Source: Klebsormidium nitens (lineage: Eukaryota; Plantae; Klebsormidiophyceae). From it: a stretch of DNA of 64,000 nt. Under the pieces are notes generated by a model that saw only the letters and a program-made list of their open reading frames with translations, was not told where the DNA came from and did not search any database. The translations under genes and the position numbers were made by a program. This document shows, piece by piece, positions 13,526-24,800 of the stretch (the first letter of the stretch is position 1; every line of letters starts with the position of its first letter). The DNA lies in assembly GCA_000708835.1 (NCBI GenBank), contig DF236981.1, forward strand, positions 62,001 through 126,000. Reading direction: 5' to 3'.

Positions 13526-14315
13526 CAACGTGCGGTTTTTCTCTTCAATTCCTCACGCTCTGATATGGCTCGTGCTGACTTAGCCAACGTGTAATGCACG
13601 GAAGCGCTTGCACAGTGACCTACGGCACAAACGGTCAAAATATGGGGTAGACGAGCAAGGTCGATTGGAACGTTTCACAGGTGGCATTGAGTTAGGATGC
13701 ACGTACCAAATGACCTTTGTGTTTGCCTTTTTCTCACATGCACGCGTTACTCAAAGCTAACATAGCAGCATGCTAATATTCGAGAATATGTGCACCAGGT
13801 TCTGGATGTAATGGCAGAGAAACTGGCTTCCGCACAACCTTTCAGCTATGGGTGATTTGGTGATGGAATCCAAATTGCACGCGCTCCGCACCATGGCTCC
13901 AGGTTATGGGACGCTTAATCTCCTCTGGCACATGGACGGACCTGTAAAAGATATGCGTCGCAGGTTGAGTCAATGTGTGCGGCGCCATCCGATCGCCTGT
14001 GGTGGAAGGCTGCAATGCAGCTCAGCGGCTGCGCCGTTATTTACAGTATATAGAACCTATCGTCTGGATTATACCCGCCCATGTCGGAGGCAGAGTCCTT
14101 GATCCTTTGAGTCCATGAAGCTTGCCTACGGTACACGTGTAGCCTTTGAACGCGCACTCGCTATATAATTAAGCTCATGATGATAGCTACTAGTCTGAAT
14201 ATTGCAATGATTTTAGCGCAAAACTGATTCTTATTTTTCCTGCATTGTATTGTTGAGGCGGCGCCGGGGATCGAGCTCGAATAAACTACAGTGATCTTCA
14301 GTATTGCAATATATT

Positions 14316-14347
14316 GCTCGTTGTTGGTTCATGAACCAACAACGAGC
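14316..14347. repeat. Perfect spacerless 32-bp palindrome
   Basis: GCTCGTTGTTGGTTCA|TGAACCAACAACGAGC is its own reverse complement. Confidence 0.95.
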
Positions 14348-15173
14348 TTGCAACCGTCACGTCGCGCACTGCCGATGCAAACGCAGCAGAGCTATATATA
14401 GAGCCTGCCGGGCCGCTCGCCCGGCCCGCAAGCATCATACATAGAAGCTATACATCGACCTAGGGCCGTGCGGCGCGGTTGTGTATATACGTGCGTGGCC
14501 AGTGCAGCAAGATTCTAACCACATGTTCACTTTGTATACCGTGTACATGTAGCACTGAGCATCATGGCCGGCACTGATATATGCCTCAGTGAGCTCGAGC
14601 TGTCTCGTACACGTAACATTACATGAACATGCACCCCGTGTGTATCACATAGGCGTACAATCCTGCCCGGCCGGGCCCCCTGGTTGTACAACTCCGAAAG
14701 ACTAAATCTGAACTTGCTCCGATGTGTGTCATAGCTACTGATCAGGTTTTCCAGAGTCAGGTCGTCGCTGAGCTGGCCGTTAGGAACTTATTATTACGCT
14801 GAGCCTGGCAAGATTACATGATCGTTGAATGTCCAGGTAGTTACGCCTGCATGTTCCTTAAGATAGATCATCAACTGCAACTAAACCGCCCATATCCGGG
14901 AGACTTCCAAGCCTTCAGTCCAAAGTGCTCGAAGCGTCGAGCTGCTGGCAACATCAAGATATCGTCTACAAGTACACAGTTACCTTTACCAGCACGCATT
15001 GAATCTTCCGAGCTATCCGAGAGGTGTATCTCGGCCAGATACGTTAGAACCTTGAAGCTCTGCTGCTTTGTTCTACGGCCAAACCCCCACAAAAGAGGTT
15101 AAACTCCTCGAGACTGTCAATCACCCTAGTGTACAACCAACCTGCTCTATCCTAACTACCTTTCCGTTCAATG

Positions 15174-15199
15174 CCCTCACCCTCACCCTCACCCTCCCC
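15174..15199 (-). repeat. (GGGTGA)n tract / G-quadruplex motif just 3' of the MKK3 stop codon
   Basis: The sense strand reads GGGG-A-GGG-TGA-GGG-TGA-GGG-TGA-GGG, starting 5 nt after the TGA at 15207-15205. Confidence 0.75.
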
Positions 15200-15204
15200 T
15201 CTCC

Positions 15205-18200
15205 TCACAACTGCAAGTGCGTCTCCTGGCGCGAGATCCAGAACGAACCCAGCACTTCTTTGGACGGCTCAAACACAAACAACTCGCTGAACGATCCACG
15301 CACAGGACCGGTCCGGATCTCCAGCGGCGGCGGCCCGCCGGGCCCGTTATCGGCCGTTCCAGCAGTGCCGTTGGCCGGTGTGAACTGGCTCCCAACGGCA
15401 ACGTTCCCGGTGACCCGGATCATAACGCCCCGGTCGCCGTAGCCGCAGCACTCGAGCGAGTTGATGACGTGGACCCACTTCTCGTCGGGCTTGTTCAGCA
15501 GGCGCTGCAGCTCGCAGTGCGCGTCGTAGATCGTCTGCTGACCCGTGAACGGCTCGCCGCCCACACTGCACGCACAAACCAGCCAGACGGTCAGCTGAGC
15601 AGCGTGGTCAGAATGATGGGGACAGCCAGCGATGAAGAGGTAGTTCAAGAAACTGGTCTCGGGAGCAGCCGGGAAAGAGAGAGACGAGAGCGCAAAGTAA
15701 GATCAAGTTGGGCCGGAAAAGGACAGTTTCGGAAGTGGGGGAAATGCCCAAACTGCCACGCCCTTTGTCGTATTCCCTCAGATAGTCCAAAAAATGCGTG
15801 CATCGATTTGTGATCTAAGGAGGGCCCAAAACATGGCGCCAGGCAACTCAAACGTTGCTCACGTAAGCCCGGTGACATTTTTCGAACTCTGCGCAACAGC
15901 CAACTCAAAGCAATCTGCGGCCACGAGTGAGCCCGGCTGAGTTTGACGCCCCATCTGCACGTTGCACGGTGGGACGGCCACTTTGATGAGGGGCCTCTTG
16001 ACGAGTTACGATCAACGACTGTATCTCATGATGACGTGACGCTGACGTCAAAGCGATTGTGAAAAGGGATAGGTGCGCGGCACTTACACAAGGGCGGACT
16101 CGTCCCGGTAGAGGTCCTTGAGGAAGCCAAACATGGCCTCGCTCCCGTCGAAGAGCGAGTAGTAGTGCGTCGTCAGCATCTGCAGGCAAACACGGCTGAT
16201 TGCACATCAGATACGCAAGCAAAAGCGTCAGAAAAGGACCAAGCGCAGCTGTTAGCGCACACAGCTCTCCAAACATAGGAAGCTACAGCAGAACGATCAA
16301 CGAATATGAGGGTTGACGATCGGCCATCCGCGTCAAAAGATCCTGGCCACAGAGTCTTGGTCCCCGTGCCAATAGGCACTGCGGACCATACACAAAGAGC
16401 AGCGCGAATGTACTGAATGTCGAAAGCCGTGCGTTTGCACTGCCGGCCGTCCTACCGTATGCAGCATGCGAAATACTCTTCTGAAACCAGGAGCGAATGA
16501 ACATTCAACTTCTTCCTGGAGACATTCCTCTGGCAGGTCGACGACATCAGCAACTTCCGCAACTCCTGCCGTCTGCTCCAGGCCAGTCCTCTCTTTTACC
16601 CCCAATACCCCCAATACCCTCAAAGGCACATTATTGGAAAATGTCAGCGTATGCAACAAAGAGTTGACAAGGGTGCTCACGTCGGAGAGGTCCTTGAGGC
16701 GCTGTGCGGGGTCGAAGACGCTGTTGACGTACTCTGCCAGCTGGCGGTCGTCCATCTGGTACTTGGTGATGAACGGGTGCGCCAGCAACTGCACGGCAGC
16801 CACGTGGCGCGTAACCATTCAGAACGCTGAAAGCCTCAAATCTACGGCTGCCATTCTTCACAAGAATGAGTACAGTGTTCTGTCAGCTGGCCAGCTGGGA
16901 GGGCAGAACTGGGGCCATCAGAGAGGATACACATAGATGGTTAAAGCTAGACGCTCCTGCAGTCGAAAGAGGACGAGTATTGCAAAGGAGTGCGAGCTCG
17001 AAACTGCTAAGGTATGCAAGGGCCCTGGTATTCGAAGTCATTCGTCAGAGCAAGGATTACTCCACTCATGTTGAGGATTTTTTTTCTGCGGGATATGTCT
17101 GACGGGCTGAAGGCTTCGTTCGAGACAAACTAGCAGGGCATTTCGAAGGTTGCCAGATCCTTGGGCGGCTGACCTGCTCTGCGGTTGGCCTGCTGTCGGC
17201 ATCTTTCCGGAGGCAGGCGTCGACAAAGTCGCAAAACTCGGGGGAGAACTGGTCGGGGGGCGGTGTGGGGGACGGATCGTACATGACCTGAAGGGGAGAG
17301 CACCGCCGATGTGAAATTGCAGGAAAAGAATAAAGCTTTGCTGGTTCGGCCAAATCAACCCGGAGTTTGACCTTTGAATGTGGCTTTGTCGGGTGCTAAA
17401 CGCGCGGCTGAGTAAGCTTCCAAGAGATGGCTTCCGCGCCAACCAACAGTACCTTGCTGCATACCCTTGCCTTAGGACCGACATCGGTCTGAACAGACAG
17501 ATAAAGGCATGCCGATTGGAGTTTCGAACTCGACCAGCGCACTCTCCCTGAAAGCGCTTGCAATTGAAGCTGATGACTTTCATGTCAAGGCATCCACTAA
17601 CGCGGCCTGTATCAAATAGTCATCACACACGCTTTCGGGGCCTTGACACAACATTCTCCATCCTCCAAGTTCTGAGCTAGGTTGTGAGCAGTAGTGTCAT
17701 TGTAAAACTTGGCGAAGGTGGCGTTGATCAGCTGGATTGCCCAAAGCTGTCACTGGCGTACTTTCAGATCGCCTTTGACGGCTGGCAGGGGGCACCTAAC
17801 GTGGCTCCCATCGGATGGTTCGGAGGTGTGAAGATGGGGGCTCCCCCCATCAATCGTCGATGCCAGGTTGATGAGCTGGACCCTCGCTTGTGCGTACAAA
17901 GAGCGAGCTAGGCCACAAGAGGCGGGTCAAAATCTTGATTTGAAGGCGTTTGCGGTTGTTAATCACAAACCAGAGAATCACCCCCAAAAAACAAACAAAC
18001 AAATAAACAAACAAACGAACAAATAAACAAAAACAAACAAGAAAAGGTCGACGCACCTGGAGCATGAGGTTGACGGGCCCTGTGGTTGCGTTGTAGGGGA
18101 AGATGCCGGTGCCGCACTCGAGGAGCGTGAGGCCCAGGCTCCAGATGTCGGCCGGGAACGAGTACGGCTCGTTGTTTATCCTTTCAGGGGACATGTACGT

Positions 18201-20535
18201 CACCGTACCAACAAACGTGGCGCACTGGAGGAGAGCGGACGGGCGTCAGGAAATTGGGTCGGTTTTAACCCGACCTTAATTCATGGAATCCAATTTTAAC
18301 ATACAGTGCCCACAAATGTCGCGTGGAGGTGGAAGCTTTCTACAGCTGCAGCATAAATGTGGGCTTTGCGGTATCTCAAGTCCGGCTCAGTAGCCCCGAA
18401 CATGGCGCACCTGAGGAGTAGACAGGGGTCACAAGTGCAGCTCGCCTTAGTACAGCGGATGCAAATGTTTAGAGAGATGTACACTAAACTTAGCTTGGTA
18501 CCAGAAAACGCATACTGGGTGTTCCCAAAAACGTGACCCACTGAACAAAGTCGAGGTGGATCCTTACAGCTCTTTGCACTAAACCTGCCATCTAATTTCA
18601 AATGCTCCAATCAGGATTCCCTGATCTTGGACCATTCGATCAACAACAAGGCAGGCATCGGACAGTCAAAAATCAGGAAATCGGCTCAGAAATTCTGGAA
18701 ATCGATGGCAAGTTTGACGCCAAACAACTGTAGTAAAAAGGGCAGCAGCTGAGGGAGGCTCACCATGGCCACAGAATTATCGAGCCCCGCACTAATGCCA
18801 AAGTCGGTGATCTTGGGCTCCCCGTTGAGGTTGATCAGAAGGTTGGCGGGCTTGATGTCACGGTGCACCAGGTGGCGCACCCTGGACGCGCCATCACACA
18901 CACGTGTTAATGCACTTCACTACGCCCAGAACAATCCTTGATGTCTAGAGATATGGGAGAGTTTCAGAACCGTGCTTCGGAGCTGAGCTGCCCCCACTGG
19001 TCCACCTCTGACAGTTAGAGGTAGAACGCGCCATCCTTTTCGTTTTAAACTCAATCGCCAGGCGTCAGTTCGATAAATGCAATAAGTTAGTCCCATCCAG
19101 TTGCTCTGATTCAGCTGACGCAAAATCCAACAACCCAGATTGGCAGGCGCAACCTTCGAAACGGGGGGGCTTGACAGCCCACATTTGACTTTTTCCAAAG
19201 TACAGCAAGCACCCACAAGGAGAAAGAGCGTTCACTTGTCCTGAGTTGAGAAAGGTTTCGAGTGTGGCCACTCACTGGTGAAGGAAGGAGAGGCCCGCGA
19301 GGACCTTTTGCGTGATCTTTGACAAGATAGGCTCCGGGATCTTCTTGACGACGCGCACGATGTCAGCGAGGGATCCCCCGTCCATGTACTCGAGCGCGAT
19401 GCTGACCTGGCCACTGTCGGGAGCGTAGAACGCCCCGTAAAACTCCACGAGCCCGTTGTTGGCTGTCGCGTGCTGAGCCTCGCACAGCGTCTTGATCTCT
19501 TTCAGCAGCTGCTGCCGTTTATCCTGAGCAACAAGGAGGCGGTGGGGGTTCTGGAGATAGGCTCGACAATAATATTGCGTGGGGCTAAGCTGGATATATC
19601 TGCACATTTGTGCATTACAGTCGGTGGCATGGAGGGGCACATAAGGTTACAGGAGAATGGAATCGTAGCCAATGATGAAAGCTGGATCCCGCTGCTGAAC
19701 ATTCTTGGGAATAGGGACGCTAGCAGGCCAAATGGCTCAAGACAGTCAACAAGGAATCAAAAGTCCTCAGTGAGAAGATTGCAAACCCCGTCACAACTGA
19801 CAATCACACAACTAAAAGAGTCCTCAAATTCTGTTTTGAGTTGCCAGCTGCCCCCACTGCTAGCCAGTCAGATTTATCTTGAATTTGCTGAATGCATTTT
19901 GCCTCTGTAAAAGTCATATCGCAGTCTTGCGATTGCAATACTGCAATCAAGCAGAGCCCAATGCGCGCAGCTTTCCCAGTCAATCCTGCAAAGCTTGACA
20001 ACCAAAGACGGTCTTCAGATAGATCCGAACCCTGCTAGCAGACGCAGCCATTGCAAACGATTCAACAGACCATTTGCTACCAGGGATCCCTCTAATGTTT
20101 GCAGCGAAGACCAATCGACTCACACCGGGTCAGATCTTTCAACCATCGGTACAAGCCCATGTTCAACCGCCTCACCCTATCTGCCGCGTTGATTTTCTTG
20201 AGCGCCACAATCCTGTGGTGAGGGATGTGAATTGCTTTCCGTACGGTACTGCTCGCACCCCACCCAATTGTGTTGAACACCAGCATCTCATGCGAAGCAC
20301 ACCGGTAAGAGACGTCCCGGCTGATCCCCCCCTCTGCAGTGTCATCAGAGCCCTTCTTTCTCTCCAGTCCCATCTCATTGATGTTGTACTCGCCGCAGGA
20401 CTGGCCCATCAGATTTAGGGTTCCCCCGTCCGTGACTCTGTACGACGCCGACACGCTATCCATCATCATGTCAGGCGCCCGCAGCATGCTCCCATTTGTG
20501 GCTAGCGGCATCAGCCGCTTCTTCATCTGCTCCAT
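15205..20535 (-). CDS. MKK3: MAP kinase kinase, group B, with C-terminal NTF2 domain, 8 exons
   Basis: Exons 20535-20176, 19523-19276, 18881-18764, 18224-18057, 17287-17174, 16788-16681, 16179-16088, 15565-15205. Motifs [28 protein letters not shown] and activation loop S-x5-T (NSVAMCATFVGT). MKK3-specific [23 protein letters not shown] precedes an NTF2-like tail. Confidence 0.96.
17986..18040. repeat. Imperfect (AAAC)n microsatellite in an MKK3 intron
   Basis: aaaaaacaaacaaacaaataaacaaacaaacgaacaaataaacaaaaacaaacaa, ending about 15 nt from the donor at 18056. Confidence 0.9.
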
Positions 20536-21826
20536 GGCTATGAGATGCGTGTATTGCCCCAGCCCGGTTGATTCTCTGTCCGCTATCCGCTATTTTTGAC
20601 TCAGAAATGAATCGCTGCGGGACTCAATAGAATCCCCTAATCCTCAAGAATGCACCTCCTTTGCTTTTCCCCAGCAGAAAAAGAAGATCCTAAACTTCAG
20701 ATTGAGCATCTCCTTGCTGCGAAACCAGGAAGTAGAGATGTGCTTCCCTCGCGAAGCCCAAAGCACGCCTTGCCATTGATCGGGGTGCAAAGAAGCAACT
20801 TGCAATCGGGCCATCATCGCAGCGTGGGCGATACCGTTGCAGTGTGCACTCGTAAATGGCGTGCGCCAACTTGGCAAGAGGATGCAGTCGTGGCAGTCAG
20901 TCCCCTCTTCACGTGACGTACGATGACGGACATTGTCAGAATTCTGGGGGGCCCCCTCGGTTAACCTACTGAGTACTGACTCTACAGTAGTGGCATGGCT
21001 TCGGCGACCTTGGCGCGGCGCGGCGCTGCCGCGGGATCGGCCTGATAACATTACTAACGCTTGGATTTCGCCACGGTTATATTGCTTTTGCGTCATACCA
21101 TACATTCCGCCGCAAGAATACAATTCCTGACGGTAACACAAATCAAAGGCACCCTAGCGCAGGTTTAAACTGGCCCGGGTTAAGTCAACAAAATCTGGGT
21201 TAAATCAAACCTGTATTGTTGACCCTCCAAACGTGGTCATTGCGAGTTTGAAGCGTCAGCGTACGCCCAATTGTAGATCAGATCGTCTCTTCCAAGACGT
21301 GATCTCCCTTGCTATGTGCAAAGCTAAATTCATTATGAAAGTATCAGTTTAGAGCTCGAGATTGCTATAAATTAGTTGAGGCAAGATTGCACGATGGATT
21401 GATGGAAGCACCAAGACCAGCGTTGCTGCAATTCCTGACTCTATCGCGGTAGAATCTGCTGTCACAAGGACGTTGAATACGTTCCGCATCCGTCACGCCA
21501 CTATCCACGTTCCAAAAGCCCCAGCAGCCAAACCTTCATGCACAAACAGCGGACATATGCAGCAAGCACAAAAGTCTTCCGTAATCAAAGGACTTTTAAG
21601 TAGATGCTTGAGAAGCAAGCTATCTCCAAGTCCATGCACAAGATTGGATCCTTCTAGCTGGCAACATGCGATTCTTTATACCACTTGTTCAGTGTTGACC
21701 GTTGCAAAACAAATGTGCTTGTCGTCTCGAACTGTTTCACTCTAGGTTTTCACATACTTCAATGAGGTTATCCGCAATACCAGGAGCTTGGCTCATAGTA
21801 ACAAAACAAACTTCTACCAAGAGCTT

Positions 21827-24800
21827 TTACCGGGCCCACTTAGAACAGACACCGTTGAACTGCTCCGCCGTCACTCTCATGCAATAATCCCGCATAGTTC
21901 GCCCTGGCGTCTTGGGATAGAAGAGATCATGGAGCTCCAAGAGGAAGCCGCGGAACTCATCCGGGACCCGCTTGAGGTCGCTCGGCTCCGCCGCGAGCAT
22001 ACGTCCGGCCCGCAGCTCCGCGCACTTTTCCAGGTCGGACAGCTTCATGTCATGCCGCCGCGCCACCTTCTCGTCGCAACAGCAGGCGAGGAGGCTGATG
22101 TAGAGCCCCTCCAGCATTGAGCTCCGGGTGTGGCTCCGCCCTTGCAGTACTGAGAGAGGGGCATAGAGCGGGGTGCCCGTGATGGCACCCAGCTTCCCAG
22201 TCGGACTGGCTGGCTGTATCTTGTCCACGTCCTCGTGTGCAACGACCTAAAGAGGAGTAGGTCCCGTCAAACTTCCGGCAAAGAATGACACCAGGAATGG
22301 GAAGATGCACATCACAGTCTGATTGCTGAGACGCGGAACAATTCGTGCTGGGGTTGCTCGGGTCGAAGTCTTTGCCTACAGCTGGAGTGCATTTGAACGA
22401 GAGCGCCTTGAAGCCATGACCGGAGACTCTAATTCGAGCGGCAGTTGGGGTCGGCTCTGGTAGGGTCTGGTAGGCATGCTCAACTGTGGGCTGACGTCAC
22501 AGCCTACACTGAGCCTTTGCGTCTGAAACGGCTTACGTTGACGTACTTACAAAGCATAGCGACATGTATGAGACCACTCTTTCACAAGAGTCCGCATGAA
22601 GCAAGTATGCATGTACCGAATTCACCGTCCAATTCAAACAAAATGTCGATAAGGGCGAACCTTGGCTGCTGAGAAGTCGAAGAGCATTCCTCGTCCCTCA
22701 AAAACTCCGATGTTGTCAAGGCTAATGTCCCTCTGGAGGACGCCCTTCTCTACGCACCCGTTGATTGCATCCGCAACATCACGTGCCGCCTGCAAGAGAA
22801 CCATCAGTCGAAGAATTTGGTCAGGTAACAACAACGAGAAAAAATGTCGGAACTAGCAGAAATTCGCAGACCGTTTTTCTTAACAGAATTACGTGACGAG
22901 AAATCTTGTACAGAATTCTGCACCGATCCAAACAAGTAGAAGCGGAGTGACAGATTCTAGAGACTAACGGTACAGCTCTGAACATCTTGACAGAGAAAAG
23001 AAGGACAACCCCCTGTGAAAATCGTTTGCCATAGCCATCCTGACCAAAAATCTAGCCATGCTTGTTTCTTTCATTGCAAAAGACGAACCTGGACAAGCAA
23101 CTTCCGTCCAAGTTGCATAGTGAGCCGCTGCGCATACGGGGCCAGGAGGAGCGCGTGCCACTGTCGACCCTGGTAGGTGCACTCGCCGCTTGCGAGGACC
23201 TTCACAAGGTGTGGCACACCTTCCGCAGTCAGCATTCTCAGCAAGTCGCCCTGCAGTGACAAGAAGCATGCGTCAGCCCCCAGCAAACTTGAGCATTCCC
23301 GGCCCAACATTAGCACACCCTTGAACGGTTACCAGGTTTACCCAAAAGTCCAAGTCTTGAATAACAGGTTTTCAGAAATCTGCGTCAGCTTCTGAAGTGC
23401 ATTCCCAGACATGCAAAGTCCATATGGGGTTTCGGGATCACCCCCTTGGGGGATGAATCAGTCACTCGGCAAACTACAAAAAGTTGGAAGCGGGCAGGAT
23501 TACCGGCAAGGAACTTTACTAAGAATTTATACTGGAGCCGAGGAAGATTAGCACCCAGAATCCCCTTCTTCATGAGAAGTTTGCGTCGTTAATGTCCCTG
23601 GAAATGAATGGGGGAGCTTTTGAATTAAGAATCTGGCCCCCCGTTACAAGATCAATGAGGCCCGGCCCCCATGCAAGGGTGAGGCTGAGGGGCCGAGATT
23701 TCCCCCATAAGGAGATGTGTTCAAGTGGTCCTGGGGGCCGTCAACAATCCAGAGTCAGGCAAGTTCCCTGCTATCTGGGGGTTTTGGGTGTATTATTTAA
23801 GGTTCCGATTCTGACACAGGTTCCAGATCTGCAAAACGCCTTCATATCAGAGTATTTGTATTACGGTCTGAAACCCCATTTTCGGATGGCCTTCAGAAAT
23901 TTCTGGTGAAGTTGGCTAGCATCCTGGTCTCCCTATGTCTCACTTCAAAGCAGTTCCTGAGCACCTCGAGCACTTACCTCCAGCTTGTGGTCGCAGAGTT
24001 TCAGAATGCATTTTCCGAAGTAGCCATCGCTCTCTGCCGTAAACACCCAGCTCCCCACAGTGCTGGGCCCCGTGCCCCGTCTCAGCAACTGCAATTTGCC
24101 CACCCGCCTCCCCTCCAACACGCTCAGGTCAGGCAACACCGGGCTCACAAAGCCCAGCTTGCTCTTCTCCGTAGCTAGAAGCCTCACCAACCATCTAAAG
24201 CCGACCGAGTCTTCGCCAATGTAGAATGGCTGCAGGCCTGTTGACTCTATCACCCACTTGCACTCGCTATCTCGATGGATGTGGACGACCTCTAAGGCGT
24301 TCATGTTCAGGCCAAAGGAGAAGAAATGCTGACGATCCGGCTGGTTCTCTAAAGCGACCTGGCCTCGTCCAATTTCCTGACCCAACATCGAATCTTGATC
24401 GTCTTTACCGTCGTGGACCTTAAACTCGCCGACCGTAACGAGCTGAGTCCAAGCTATCAGCTCCTCTGCCAACATGCTTGTGTCTGGTCGGCCTACGGGA
24501 TTTATGAACTGGTTGGAGGAATTGTGCGTGTCCATCACAACGAGCTCTGAACCGACCGCTTCTTTTACTGCGTGTATTATTTTCATCACACAAGGCTGCA
24601 TGTGCTTATCCTCGCTCAACTGGGACTTCTGCGCCTGAGGAATGAGGTCTACTAGTGTCAGGTGAGGGGGTTTTGTAGACGAGTCTGAGTTAGGCGTCTT
24701 GACCCCTCCTGCGCGCTGCGCCTCCGGCTCCGGCTCCGGCTCCATTTTTTTCTCATTGATCGTTTGCAGCGACTCTGCAGTTCACAAGACATTCGCCCTT

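Noticed and set aside
20644-21141. 165-aa minus ORF upstream of MKK3, considered as an N-terminal extension or uORF
   Set aside because: Splicing its donor (GAG|GTGCAT) to the acceptor 40 nt before the MKK3 ATG is out of frame; no homology signal and no evidence of translation.
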